Assembly (NCBI GenBank): GCA_027306505.1
Contig: DAHUZP010000072.1
Location: forward strand, 3,388 to 67,387
Direction of reading: 5' to 3'
Length of the DNA: 64,000 nt
DNA from: Thermoplasmata archaeon
GTDB taxonomy: Archaea > Thermoplasmatota > Thermoplasmata > Lutacidiplasmatales > UBA184
Part shown: positions 41,000 through 50,984 of the stretch, one piece after another
Layout of the letters: every line of letters starts with the position of its first letter
Numbering within the stretch: position 1 is the first letter of the stretch
The notes under the pieces: model-generated
Seen by the model: only the letters and a program-made list of their open reading frames with translations
What the model was told of the DNA's origin: nothing
The model's database searches: none
Position numbers and translations under genes: made by a program

Positions 41000-42088
41000 G
41001 TGAAACGCCAGATGGTCGACATGCTGGCCGACCTGATCAAGCTCTCTTCCGACCCCTCCTCCGACAAGCACGAGATCCTGGACTACATCCAGTCCATCGC
41101 CGACTCGCTCAAGATGCGCTCCGCGGTCTATGGGGACCCGAGCGCTCCCGCCCTGCTCTCCGAGTACGGCCAGGGCGGCGTGGTCCTCGCGGGCCACTTG
41201 GACACGCCCCCCGTGGGCGACGGCTGGAGCTTCTCGCAGAGCCAGTTCACCGCCGGTCGGATGTACGGTCGCGGCGCGGCGGACATGAAGGGGACCGTGG
41301 TGGCCATGCTCTCCGCGGTCAACGACCTGGTCGTCCGCAAGGTCCCCGTGACCCTCGCCATCACCACGGACGAGGAGACCACGATGAACGGGGCGCAGGC
41401 CCTGTGCAAGACCCTCGCGATGCGCCGCGCGAAGGCGATCGTGGTGGGCGAGCCCACCGGTCTGCGCGTCGGCTACGCGGAGAAGGGAGTGCTCGACCTC
41501 GCGATCGAGACCCGGGGGAGGTCCGCCCATGGGGCGATGCCTCAGCTCGGAGAGAACGCGGTCGTGAAGCTGATGCGGTTGCTTCGGGCCCTGGAGACCT
41601 TCCGGGGACGGGTCGCCCATCCGGAGCTCGGCACCGTCACGGTGAACGTGGGTACGCTCCACGGCGGCAACCGGGTGAACGTGGTCCCCTCGCGCGCGGC
41701 GGCCGAGGTGGACATCCGCTTCCCTCCACCCTACACGCCCGACGAGCTCCAGCGGGAGGTCGAGGAGCACCTCAAGCGGATCAAGACCCCCTTCACGCTC
41801 CGCCGGCTGGTGAGCCTGCCCTCGCTCCAGGTCGATCCCCAGAGCGACCACATCCGGATCTTCAAGGAGGTCTCGTCGAGCGAGCTCGCCGTGCTGGTGC
41901 ACGCCTCCGAGGCGGTCCACTACGTCAACGTGAACCCACGCGTCGTCATCTACGGAGCGGGGGACGAGGACCTCTCTCACCAGGCGAACGAGTACGTGAA
42001 GATGGAAGCGGTGGTCCGCGCCGCCGAGTCGTACAAGAAGTTCGCCCAGAAGATGGCCTCGCAGCGCCTCGTCGCCGGGAAGCCGTAA
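41000..42088 (+). CDS. M20 family metallopeptidase (ArgE/DapE-like deacylase)
   Basis: GHLDT, YGRGAADMKG, DEE, GEPT, GRSAHG and HQANEYV. Confidence 0.9.
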   Translation: MKRQMVDMLADLIKLSSDPSSDKHEILDYIQSIADSLKMRSAVYGDPSAPALLSEYGQGGVVLAGHLDTPPVGDGWSFSQSQFTAGRMYGRGAADMKGTVVAMLSAVNDLVVRKVPVTLAITTDEETTMNGAQALCKTLAMRRAKAIVVGEPTGLRVGYAEKGVLDLAIETRGRSAHGAMPQLGENAVVKLMRLLRALETFRGRVAHPELGTVTVNVGTLHGGNRVNVVPSRAAAEVDIRFPPPYTPDELQREVEEHLKRIKTPFTLRRLVSLPSLQVDPQSDHIRIFKEVSSSELAVLVHASEAVHYVNVNPRVVIYGAGDEDLSHQANEYVKMEAVVRAAESYKKFAQKMASQRLVAGKP

Positions 42089-42125
42089 GCGGCCCCTGCC
42101 GACCGGCGGGGGAGGGACCTCGACC

Positions 42126-43433
42126 GTGCCAAGCTCCTCACCCGGGGCCGTAGGGGGGAGCCCGAGCGTCGTCCACGTCTCCACCCGCTATCCTCCGGCG
42201 CCCGGCGGCGTCGAGCGCCACGTTCGAGAGGTCGCCCTGCGGCAGCGCTCCCGCGGGTGGGACGCGAAGGTGCTCACCACCGACCTCTACACGGAGATCC
42301 CCTGGCAACGCCTGCCATCCCAGGGGTCCGGCTCGCGCCCCGGTTCCTGGGTCCCGGATCCCGAAGGGGTCCCTGTGCTCCGTCTGCGAGCGCGCGCCCT
42401 CTCCGGTGACCTCCACTACCCGTTCGTCCCCGGGCTCTACCGGGCGATGCGGGGAGCCCAGGCCGACCTGGTCCACGTGCACACCTACGGGACCTACCAG
42501 GGGTTCAGCGCCTCCGCCCTGGAACGGCTGAACCGCAGACCCTGGGTCCTCACCGCCCACTACCATCCGACCTGGTCCATCTGGGGAGGAGCGGGCCGCA
42601 AGTCGCTCCGTGGGATCTACGACCGGCTCTTCGCGCCCTGGGTCCTCTCTCGAGTCTCCCGCTTGATCCTGCAGAGCCGCGAGGAGGAGGGATTGCTTCG
42701 CGAGGTGGTCAAAGACCTTCCTCCCATCGCCTTCGTCCCTCCCGGCTATACACCGCTCCCTCCTCCGCGGTCGGAGGGAGGAGGGTTCCGCGGGGCCATG
42801 CGGTTCTCCGGACCCTTCGTGCTCTTCACCGGGCGCCTCGCTTCGAACAAGGGGCTTCCCCCGTTGCTGGAGGCCTTCGGGAAGCTCGCGCCCCGGTTCC
42901 CGGACCTCCAGCTCGTGCTGGTGGGACAGGATGGGGGAGAGGGTCCGCAGGTCCGCGCCCTCGCGGAACGTCTGGGGCTCTCCTCCCGGGTCCACTTGAC
43001 CGGCTTCGTCGAGGACGAGTCGCTCCTTGCGAGCGCCTACGCCCAGGCGGAGGTCTTCGTGCTGCCCTCGGACTACGAGGCGTTCGGCCTGGTCCTGCTC
43101 GAGGCGATGGCCCAGGGCACTCCGGTGATCGCCTCCCGCGTCGGAGGGATCCCTTCTCTCGTGGAGGAGGGCAAGAACGGCCGCCTGGTGCCTCCTCGTG
43201 ACGTGCCCGCTCTCGCGAGCGCGCTCGAGGAGCTCCTTACCGACCGAGCGCGGGCGCGGGCGATGGGAGCCTACGGCCGAACGACCACCGTCCCCCGCCA
43301 CACCTGGGAGCGGACCGTGGAGGGTCTCGAGCAGGTCTACTGGGAAGTGCTGGAGGGAAAGCCCCCGGTGGAGAGGGCTCCCCGGGACCCGACCCCGCCC
43401 GGGAGATCATCCTCCTCGGGGGGGTCGCGATGA
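42126..43433 (+). CDS. Glycosyltransferase family 4
   Basis: GGVERH, GRLASNKG and LPSDYEAFGLVLLEAMA. Confidence 0.92.
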   Translation: MPSSSPGAVGGSPSVVHVSTRYPPAPGGVERHVREVALRQRSRGWDAKVLTTDLYTEIPWQRLPSQGSGSRPGSWVPDPEGVPVLRLRARALSGDLHYPFVPGLYRAMRGAQADLVHVHTYGTYQGFSASALERLNRRPWVLTAHYHPTWSIWGGAGRKSLRGIYDRLFAPWVLSRVSRLILQSREEEGLLREVVKDLPPIAFVPPGYTPLPPPRSEGGGFRGAMRFSGPFVLFTGRLASNKGLPPLLEAFGKLAPRFPDLQLVLVGQDGGEGPQVRALAERLGLSSRVHLTGFVEDESLLASAYAQAEVFVLPSDYEAFGLVLLEAMAQGTPVIASRVGGIPSLVEEGKNGRLVPPRDVPALASALEELLTDRARARAMGAYGRTTTVPRHTWERTVEGLEQVYWEVLEGKPPVERAPRDPTPPGRSSSSGGSR

Positions 43434-44617
43434 AGGTAGCCCAGGTACTGCTCCGGTACGACGCGCCGGGGGGTGTCGAGACCCACGTGCGGGAGCTCTC
43501 TTCCGCACTCCGACGGGCCGGCGACGAGGTGAAGGTCTACGCGAGCGACCTCTACTCCGAGCAAGGCTGGGTGCGCCGCCCGGAGTCCTCGCGCAGCCTC
43601 GACGGGATCCCGGTGGAACGCTTCCCCGCGGTGAAGCGCCTCGTCCCGGGCCTCACGCTACCGCTGATGCCGGGTCTCCTGCACGCGCTGGACCGGGACC
43701 GGCCCGAGGTCATCCATGCCCACTCCCATCGGTACGGTCACGTCCTGCAGTCCGCGCTCGTCGCGGGGGCCCGCGAGATCCCGCTCGTGGTCGGGACGCA
43801 CTACCATCCCGCGGACCCGTGGGAACCCGCGTCGAAGAAGGCGATGCTTCGGGTGCAGGACCATCTCTTCGGGATGACCGCCTACCGGACCGCCTCAGCG
43901 CTCATCGTCGAGACCCGGCGCGAAGCCTCGCTCGTGGGGGAGTTCGCTCCTTCCGCGAAGGTCAGGGTGATCCCTCCGGGGATCGACCTCGGGGTCTGGG
44001 GCGGCTCGCCCGGGAGCGGCGCATCATCCCCAAGAACGGCCAGGAAGCGCGACGGCTACCTCCTCTTCGCCGGACGGCTCGCGCCGAACAAGGGTCTGAG
44101 GGTCCTGCTCGAGGCCTGGGCCGGCCTTCCCAAGGACGCGCGTCCTCCGCTCGTCCTCGTGGGGTCGGACTGGGGGCTTCGGGGCCCATTGGAGGCCCGG
44201 GCCAGGGTGCTGGGCGTCTCCTCCGAGATCCGGTTCGAGGGGAACCTGGACCCGGCGCGGTACCGGGCGGCCTTCGCCGGGGCCCGCGCGCTGGTGCTCC
44301 CCTCGGAGTACGAGGCCTTCGGACTCGTGCTGCTGGAAGCGATGGCCTCGTCGCTGCCGGTGGTCGCGACCTCGGTCGGAGGCATCCCCGAGGTCGTGGA
44401 GGAAGGGCGGACGGCCCTTCTCGTGCCATCGGGGGACGAGGGGAGGTTGCGAGAGGCGATCGCGACCCTGCTTCGGGACCCCGCGCGCGCAGAGGAGATG
44501 GGGGCGGCCGGGCGCGAGCGGGTCGAACGCCTCTATTCCTGGGAGCGCACGTCCCGGAGCGTCCGAGAGGTCTACCGCGAGGTCGGCGCGGCTCCCGACC
44601 GGTCCCGGTCGTCCTGA
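43430..44617 (+). CDS. Glycosyltransferase family 4 (paralog of upstream gene)
   Basis: GGVETH, GRLAPNKG and LPSEYEAFGLVLLEAMA. ATGA overlap with the upstream stop. Confidence 0.92.
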   Translation: MKVAQVLLRYDAPGGVETHVRELSSALRRAGDEVKVYASDLYSEQGWVRRPESSRSLDGIPVERFPAVKRLVPGLTLPLMPGLLHALDRDRPEVIHAHSHRYGHVLQSALVAGAREIPLVVGTHYHPADPWEPASKKAMLRVQDHLFGMTAYRTASALIVETRREASLVGEFAPSAKVRVIPPGIDLGVWGGSPGSGASSPRTARKRDGYLLFAGRLAPNKGLRVLLEAWAGLPKDARPPLVLVGSDWGLRGPLEARARVLGVSSEIRFEGNLDPARYRAAFAGARALVLPSEYEAFGLVLLEAMASSLPVVATSVGGIPEVVEEGRTALLVPSGDEGRLREAIATLLRDPARAEEMGAAGRERVERLYSWERTSRSVREVYREVGAAPDRSRSS

Positions 44618-44803
44618 GCGGACGACCCGCGGGGCCGAGCGAGCTCCCCCACTTCTTCGGCGAGCCCACCGAGCTGCCGTCGCTCCTCCTCGGAGCGGTG
44701 GAAGTGCGAGAGCACGCCGAGCGCGATGGAGAGGCCGCGAAGATGCCAGCGCCCCATGCGCCTTTCCTCGTCCTCGGCGGAGGGGTTCCCCACGGCGGCC
44801 CGT

Positions 44804-45976
44804 TCAGGCGGCGCGGGGGACACGGGTAGGACGGGTGACCTTGGTCCCCACCTGCTCGCTCCCGAAATCGCGCATGATCGCGAGGGCCTTGCGCAAGTTC
44901 TCCCGAGAGTTCGCGAAGGCGAGCCTCAGGTGAGAAGCCCCGAGGGAGCCGAACGCGTCCCCCGGCGTGCAGAGGAGACCCTCCTTGAGGAGCCCCTGGG
45001 CCGCCTCCATCGCGGACATCTTCCAGGTGAAGGACGGGAAGGCGTAGAAGGCGCCCTCCGGCCGGACGCAGCGCATCCCGGGCACCTCGTTGAGGCCCTT
45101 CACCACGAGGTCCCGGCGGGCGCGGAACTCCTTCGTCATGGCGGCGATGTCCGCCTGGGCCTCCTGGAGGCCCCGCAGTGCCGCGACCTGGCAGGGGGTC
45201 GACGGGCAGGCCACCGCGTGGTAGTGGATCTTGTTGGCCCCGGCGGCGACGGTCCGGGAAGCGACCAGGTAGCCCAGCCGCCAGCCGGTCATGGCAAGGA
45301 TCTTGGAGAAGGAGTTCACCACGACCACCCGGTCGTAGCGCCCCCAGAAGCTCTTGTGCCCGCCCGGAGCGTAGATGATCTCATCGTAGACCTCGTCCGA
45401 GATGATGGTGAGGCCGTGCGACTCGGCGAACGAGACGATCGCGTCGACCGTATTGCCGGAGAAGACCCCGCCGGTGGGGTTCGAGGGGGAGTTCACCACG
45501 ATCGCGCGGGTCCGGGCGGAGACCAGCTCCTCGAGCTCGGCGATGTCGGGCTGGAACCCTCGCTCCTCCCGCAGCGAATAGGGGACCGGGATCGCTTCCG
45601 CGAGCCGGGCATGCGGGCCGTAGAGCACGAAGCCGGGGTTCGGGATGAGGACCTCATCGCCGGGGTCGTAGAGGGTGAGGGCGGCGGACAGGAGCGCCTC
45701 CGTGCCGCCGGACGTGACGATGACGTTCTCCCGGGCGGTGGTCCCGTCGTAGCGCCGGTAGCGCTCGGCGAGAGCGTCGCGAAGCTCCGGGAGCCCCGCG
45801 GAGGGCCCATACTTGTTGCTGCCGTTCCGGACGGCCTCGAACAGGGCCTCCTTGACCACGGTCGGTGGGTTGAAGTCCGGTTCTCCGAGCCCCAGGTGGA
45901 TCACGTTCGCCGGGGCCGCGTCGAACATCTTCCGGATGCCGGAGATCTCCAAGGCCTGTACGCGTGCCGATAGCAT
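44804..45976 (-). CDS. PLP-dependent aminotransferase class I/II (aspartate aminotransferase-like)
   Basis: GEPDF, NSPSNPTG, SDEVY and SFSKILAMTGWRLG. Start placed at MLSARV (45976). Confidence 0.92.
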   Translation of the reverse strand: MLSARVQALEISGIRKMFDAAPANVIHLGLGEPDFNPPTVVKEALFEAVRNGSNKYGPSAGLPELRDALAERYRRYDGTTARENVIVTSGGTEALLSAALTLYDPGDEVLIPNPGFVLYGPHARLAEAIPVPYSLREERGFQPDIAELEELVSARTRAIVVNSPSNPTGGVFSGNTVDAIVSFAESHGLTIISDEVYDEIIYAPGGHKSFWGRYDRVVVVNSFSKILAMTGWRLGYLVASRTVAAGANKIHYHAVACPSTPCQVAALRGLQEAQADIAAMTKEFRARRDLVVKGLNEVPGMRCVRPEGAFYAFPSFTWKMSAMEAAQGLLKEGLLCTPGDAFGSLGASHLRLAFANSRENLRKALAIMRDFGSEQVGTKVTRPTRVPRAA

Positions 45977-46131
45977 GCTGAGAACCCCCGGGTTGGCACC
46001 GTTAGCCAAGGGGGGGAGATAACGTGGTCGCCCCTCGACGGACAGAGGGGGCACCGGACGAGCGGCCGCTCACTGACGGTGAAGCTACGACCGGGGGAAG
46101 GGCTCCACCCTAGGGCTTCCTTTTCGGCAGG

Positions 46132-46137
46132 TATATA
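46132..46137 (+). promoter_or_regulatory. Archaeal TATA box
   Basis: TATATA in a GC-rich context about 28 nt before ATG 46165, consistent with a leaderless transcript. Confidence 0.55.
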
Positions 46138-46164
46138 GACGGGCGACCGTCCCATTTTACGTCG

Positions 46165-48978
46165 ATGGTGAGCAGGGAACTCCGCTCTATCGCCTGGGTG
46201 CTCGGCATTGCGCTTCCCCTTCTGCTCCTGCCCGTGGCTGCGAGCTACCTCCCGACGCATGGAGGGACCCTCCTTGCGCTACCGACGAGCCCCGCCTCCA
46301 CGACCGGGAGCCTCCCTTCGTTGCTCACGCTTCCGCACTACGGTCCGGCGGGGGCTCCCTCTGCTCCGCGGGGAGGGCTGGCCCCGGAGGGCGGGATGCC
46401 CACCGCTTCCTCCGCCCTCCCTGCGCTGAGCCCCTGCGGAGTCCCACGATGCTTGATCGTGAACCTTGGGGTCTCCACCTTCCCGGGGAGCATCACCTAC
46501 ACCTCCGACTTCAACACCGGCTCGGTGGGCAACGCGAACGAGGTCTTCTTCCAGCTCTGCGACTTCGCTCCCGACCACACGGCGAACGTCTCGATCTCGG
46601 ACCCCAACGCCACCAGCGACGGGCTCGCGAACCCCCTCTTCGACCGCAGCGTGCCGTTGACTTTCACCGCGAGCTCGCTCTGTCCCGGAGGGGTCTCGTT
46701 CGACTCGACCCTCGCCCCCGAGCTCTTCTATACCCTTCCGAGGGGACTCGTGCAAGGCGGGACATGGACGTTCAACGTGACCGCGGGGGCGAACGGCTGG
46801 TCCATGGACCAGGTCTCCTTCCGGGTGGACACCTACTACGTCCAGCTCACCCCGGACCAGAGCTACCACCTGCCCCAGGACCGCGCGACGGTGTTCTACC
46901 AGGTGCTCTCCTACGAGACGCAGGGACCGGTCTCAGGGAGCCTGCAGTTCGCCGCGAACGGCCTCTACGTCAACAGCACCTCGCCGCTCTGGATGACCTC
47001 GCTACCTGCGCTCACCCCTCCGGTCGGCACCCCTCAGGGGTCACTCTCCTTCCTCATCCCTTCGAACGGGCAAGCGGGCACGCCGGTCGCCCTGCAGCTC
47101 TGGGCGAACCTGACCGCGAGCGGCAGGACCTCGAGCGAAGCGTCCATCGCGTACATCACGGTCGCCCAGGTCCTCGCTCCGCAGCTCTGTGCCGCGACGA
47201 CCACGGACGGAGGGCCGATCCCCTGCCCGTCCCCGCTCGCCTTCCCTCAGGGAAGCCTCCTCGTCCTCCGGGAGACCGCGGTCGTGGGGACCCAGAGCGC
47301 GGGCGTCATGGGAGCGCTCCCTGGAGCGACGATCACCGTTCAGCTCTTCTCCGCGGGGCTCCCGCAGCCTGCACCGTCCTCCTTCCCGACGCAGCTCACG
47401 GCGGACGCCTCGGGGACCGCGCGGGAGGTGCTGGATACCTCCGTCCTCCGGGTCTCCACCATCACGGTGAACGTGACCGTGACCGACCCCAACGACCCCG
47501 CCCTCACCAACCACAGCGCGCTCACGATCGCGCTGCTGGGGAACTCGAGCCAGGTCGCTGTGGTCATCTCGCTCAACAGCACGCAGTACTACGGTGGCGA
47601 CACGCTGGGAGGGTCCTATCAGCTCGTGATGCCGGGTGGCAGCGGCGGGCTCCCCCCCTACTGGACCGCTTACGCCTACCAGATCTACTTCCTCGCGGGA
47701 GCGACCGTCTGTCCGTTCGCCCCCTCGGGCGCCCTGGAGTGGCAGGGTAACCTCTCCGGGGTCACCGGACCCGTGCCCTCCTACACCCTGGGTGCGAACA
47801 TGAAGGGCATCGTCCAGGTGGTCATCTTCGCCCACAACGGGAGCTCGGCGGCCAACCTGGGCATCTACGCCATGACCTGCGCCCTCGTCTCTCCTCCCGC
47901 GGTCCTTCTCAACCCCTCGGAGGTGAACTACCTCCCCGGCGACACGATCACCGTCGCGATCTCAGGCCAGGGGACGCTCCTGACCAAAGGGAACCCCACC
48001 TACTACGCGAACGTGGTAGGGTTCGCGACCGTCACCGGCCACGCCCCGTGCAGCGGCACGACGATGCAGGTCCTCTACGGGGAGGCCGTCCCCGGCACCT
48101 CCTTCAGCTTCGTGGTCCCTCGGAACGGGGCCTCCACCTGCTATGAGGTGAGCGTCTCGGCCGAGACCTCCGCGGGCTTCGTCTCTGGGCAGGACCTCGA
48201 GCTCGACGAGGTCTCCGGCTTCCAGCTCACGGCCTCCGTCGCGACCCTGTCGCAGTACTCGGACGGAAGCTACCAGCCCGGCCAGACGCTCTCCCTCTCC
48301 TACTCGTTGACCGCGATGGGCGTCTCCTCGCTTCCGGCGAGCCTGACGTTGCTGGTACAGCTGGGGACCGAGCCACCGACCCGCTCCCAACAGGCCTCCA
48401 CCTCCGGAACACTATCGGTCACGATCCCCTCCGGACAGGGGGCCGGGCTCCTCCTCATCTTCATCGAGGCGCAGGTGACCGACCCCAGCGCGCCCGGCGG
48501 GGTGCTGTTCGTCTCCACCGACACCGGGGTGATGGTCCACCCCAACCCGTCCTGGCTGGACCAGGAGGTCTCCGCAGGGAGCGGCTTCACCATGGGCGAC
48601 CTCACCCTCATTGTCGCCCTCGCGGCGGTCGCGGCGATCGTCTTCTTCCTCTGGTGGAGGAGCCGCTGGGAGCGCCCCTCCCAGCACTTCCACGAGGAGC
48701 ACGGGCCCGCGGGTGAGATCGCTCACACCTCCTCGATGGACCCCTCGGCCCCACCGGCGCTTCCCGATCCAAACGCTCCCCCGCCCTCCTCGGACGACAT
48801 CGCGCCCTCGGCCTACTCCCCGACCTCCCCGTCCGGCGAACAGAGCCATCCCTCAGCGCCCCCGGAGCCGCCGAGCTCCCCCTACCTCGACCTCAACGAC
48901 CCGGTGGTCCCCGGTCCGCCCCCTGCGACGATCGAACCGCCCCCCTCTCCCCCGTCGATGCGACCGGGAGAGGGGTAG
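46165..48978 (+). CDS. Large secreted membrane-anchored beta-sandwich protein
   Basis: Signal peptide, four Y-x-[PG]-G-[DQ]-T-like domain starts, TM followed by WWRSR, and a Pro-rich tail. Confidence 0.75.
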   Translation: MVSRELRSIAWVLGIALPLLLLPVAASYLPTHGGTLLALPTSPASTTGSLPSLLTLPHYGPAGAPSAPRGGLAPEGGMPTASSALPALSPCGVPRCLIVNLGVSTFPGSITYTSDFNTGSVGNANEVFFQLCDFAPDHTANVSISDPNATSDGLANPLFDRSVPLTFTASSLCPGGVSFDSTLAPELFYTLPRGLVQGGTWTFNVTAGANGWSMDQVSFRVDTYYVQLTPDQSYHLPQDRATVFYQVLSYETQGPVSGSLQFAANGLYVNSTSPLWMTSLPALTPPVGTPQGSLSFLIPSNGQAGTPVALQLWANLTASGRTSSEASIAYITVAQVLAPQLCAATTTDGGPIPCPSPLAFPQGSLLVLRETAVVGTQSAGVMGALPGATITVQLFSAGLPQPAPSSFPTQLTADASGTAREVLDTSVLRVSTITVNVTVTDPNDPALTNHSALTIALLGNSSQVAVVISLNSTQYYGGDTLGGSYQLVMPGGSGGLPPYWTAYAYQIYFLAGATVCPFAPSGALEWQGNLSGVTGPVPSYTLGANMKGIVQVVIFAHNGSSAANLGIYAMTCALVSPPAVLLNPSEVNYLPGDTITVAISGQGTLLTKGNPTYYANVVGFATVTGHAPCSGTTMQVLYGEAVPGTSFSFVVPRNGASTCYEVSVSAETSAGFVSGQDLELDEVSGFQLTASVATLSQYSDGSYQPGQTLSLSYSLTAMGVSSLPASLTLLVQLGTEPPTRSQQASTSGTLSVTIPSGQGAGLLLIFIEAQVTDPSAPGGVLFVSTDTGVMVHPNPSWLDQEVSAGSGFTMGDLTLIVALAAVAAIVFFLWWRSRWERPSQHFHEEHGPAGEIAHTSSMDPSAPPALPDPNAPPPSSDDIAPSAYSPTSPSGEQSHPSAPPEPPSSPYLDLNDPVVPGPPPATIEPPPSPPSMRPGEG

Positions 48979-49049
48979 GCCGGCCCCCGCGGCGGCTCCC
49001 CGCAAGCTAATCTACGCGGTCACCTGCGTCCTTCACCGGAGGCGCAGGA

Positions 49050-50390
49050 GTGCCCGTCACCGCAGTCATCGGGGCCCAGTTCGGTGACGAGGGGAAGGGG
49101 AAGATCCTCGACTACCTCACCGCCAACGCCGATTTCGTCGTTCGCTACCAGGGCGGACCCAATGCGGGGCACACGGTGGTGCCGCACGAGAAGCCGGTGG
49201 TCATGCACCAGCTCCCGACCGGGATCCTTCGGGAGGGCTGCACCGCGATCTCCGGTCCGGGCATGGTCCTCTCTCCCGGCGACCTCCTCAACGAGATCCA
49301 GCAGCTCAAGTCCCAGGGCGAGTTCCGGGGACGCCTTCTCATCTCCGAGCGCGCCCACGTCATCCTTCCGCTCCACCGGGTCCAGGACGCCTGGGAGGAG
49401 GAGGTCCGGGGGGCCATGCGGACCGGGACCACGGGCCGCGGCATCGGTCCCGCCTACATGGACCGCGTCGGACGCTTCGGCCTGCGCATGGCCGACCTCC
49501 AGCGTCCGGAGCTCATCCACCAGAAGCTCGAGCTGCTCTACACGGCGAAGAAGCACATGACCGGCACGACGCAGGAGCTCCCGCCCAAGGAGGAGCTGGC
49601 CGCGCAGCTCGTGGAGGAGGGGAAGGCCCTCGCCCCCTACCTCTGCTCCACCGAGCCGATCCTCTGGGAAGCGGCCCGAGAGGGCCAGCACATCCTGCTC
49701 GAGGGTGCGCAGAGCGCGCTGCTCGACATCGACTACGGCACCTACCCGTTCGTCACCTCCTCCCACCCCACGGCGGCCGGGGCGCTCGTCGGGAGCGGCC
49801 TGCCTCCCCAGGAGCTGGACTCCGTCATCGGGATCGTCAAGGCCTATTCGACCCGCGTGGGGAGCGGCCCCTTCCCTACCGAGGCCCTCGGTCCCGAAGG
49901 GGAGCGGCTGCGCGAACGCGGAGCCGAGCGCGGAGCGACGACCGGACGCCCCCGACGATGCGGTTGGTTCGATCTCGTCCTCACCCGCTACGCGGCACGG
50001 CTCAACGGGTTCACCTCGCTCGCCATGACCAAGGTGGACATCCTAGGGGGAGAGCCCGAGGTACCGATCTGTATCGGCTACGAGCTCCCCAACGGGGAGC
50101 AGGCCGAGGACTACCCTCCGGTGCTCGCCGAGGACCTGGAGCGGGTGACCCCCCGCTGGCGCACCTTCCCGGGCTGGGCCGAGTTCACGCCTACCCTCAT
50201 GCGGCGGCTCCACGAAGAGGGGTGGCGGGCGCTCCCGCGGGAGCTCAAGCGCTACCTCTCCTTCGTCGGCGAAGAGGTCGGGGCCCCGGTCACCCTCGTG
50301 AGCTACGGCCCGCGCCGGGAGGACACCGTGGAGATCCCGGTGGGAGGCCTCGAGCCCGCGTCCGCGCTCGAAGAGTGGCGCTCTACCTAG
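49050..50390 (+). CDS. purA: Adenylosuccinate synthetase
   Basis: GAQFGDEGKGK, QGGPNAGHT, GTTGRGIGPAY, EGAQ and TTGRPRRCGW. Confidence 0.96.
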   Translation: MPVTAVIGAQFGDEGKGKILDYLTANADFVVRYQGGPNAGHTVVPHEKPVVMHQLPTGILREGCTAISGPGMVLSPGDLLNEIQQLKSQGEFRGRLLISERAHVILPLHRVQDAWEEEVRGAMRTGTTGRGIGPAYMDRVGRFGLRMADLQRPELIHQKLELLYTAKKHMTGTTQELPPKEELAAQLVEEGKALAPYLCSTEPILWEAAREGQHILLEGAQSALLDIDYGTYPFVTSSHPTAAGALVGSGLPPQELDSVIGIVKAYSTRVGSGPFPTEALGPEGERLRERGAERGATTGRPRRCGWFDLVLTRYAARLNGFTSLAMTKVDILGGEPEVPICIGYELPNGEQAEDYPPVLAEDLERVTPRWRTFPGWAEFTPTLMRRLHEEGWRALPRELKRYLSFVGEEVGAPVTLVSYGPRREDTVEIPVGGLEPASALEEWRST

Positions 50391-50476
50391 GGCGGGAAAG
50401 CCCAGCCGGGGCGCAGGCGCCCACGCAAGCTTTACCCTACCTGCTCGTTCGGAGGGCCGCTCCTACCTCGAAGCAA

Positions 50477-50549
50477 GGGCTCGTAGTCCAGGGGTTAAGA
50501 CGGCTGTCTCACACACAGCAGATCGCCGGTTCGAATCCGGCCGAGCCCA
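50477..50549 (+). tRNA. tRNA-Val(CAC), intronless, CCA not encoded
   Basis: Acceptor stem GGGCTCG/CGAGCCC. Anticodon arm GCTGT-CT CAC AC-ACAGC. T arm GCCGG-TTCGAAT-CCGGC. Confidence 0.95.
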
Positions 50550-50708
50550 CTCCCCACCCCGCCGCCCGCTCCCCACCCGCGCTATACTACGGGGGCCCGT
50601 AAGTAGGTCCACCCCCCCGACTCCAAGATTGCGCCACCCCTTCCCCTGCCCCCGCCGAACGCGCCACCCTATAGGTTTCTGACCCCCGAGCGGATTTCCT
50701 CCCCGCTC

Positions 50709-50984
50709 GTGACTAAGACCGAGGACATTTGGGATCGTACCCTCGACAGTCGAAGGGACAATCTCGCGCGTAGGATTCACGCCTACATCGCGACTGGCAG
50801 GGTTCTCGATGTCGGAGGCCTCATTGCATGGTACAACCAGGTCTCGGGTTCCAACTCTCCCTTCCCGAGCAACGTATACGCGACCCTCGGGGCGCTGGAG
50901 CGCAGAGAGGACATTGAGTGGACCCATGACGGGCTGAGACGGAGTGGCAGGATCCGCCGCCGCTCGCCCTGTACCGTTCGTTGA
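50709..50984 (+). CDS. Small hypothetical protein, possibly winged-helix
   Basis: 91-aa ORF with VYATLGALERREDIEW, similar to a wHTH recognition helix and wing. CTATAG box upstream and locally lower GC. Confidence 0.35.
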   Translation: MTKTEDIWDRTLDSRRDNLARRIHAYIATGRVLDVGGLIAWYNQVSGSNSPFPSNVYATLGALERREDIEWTHDGLRRSGRIRRRSPCTVR

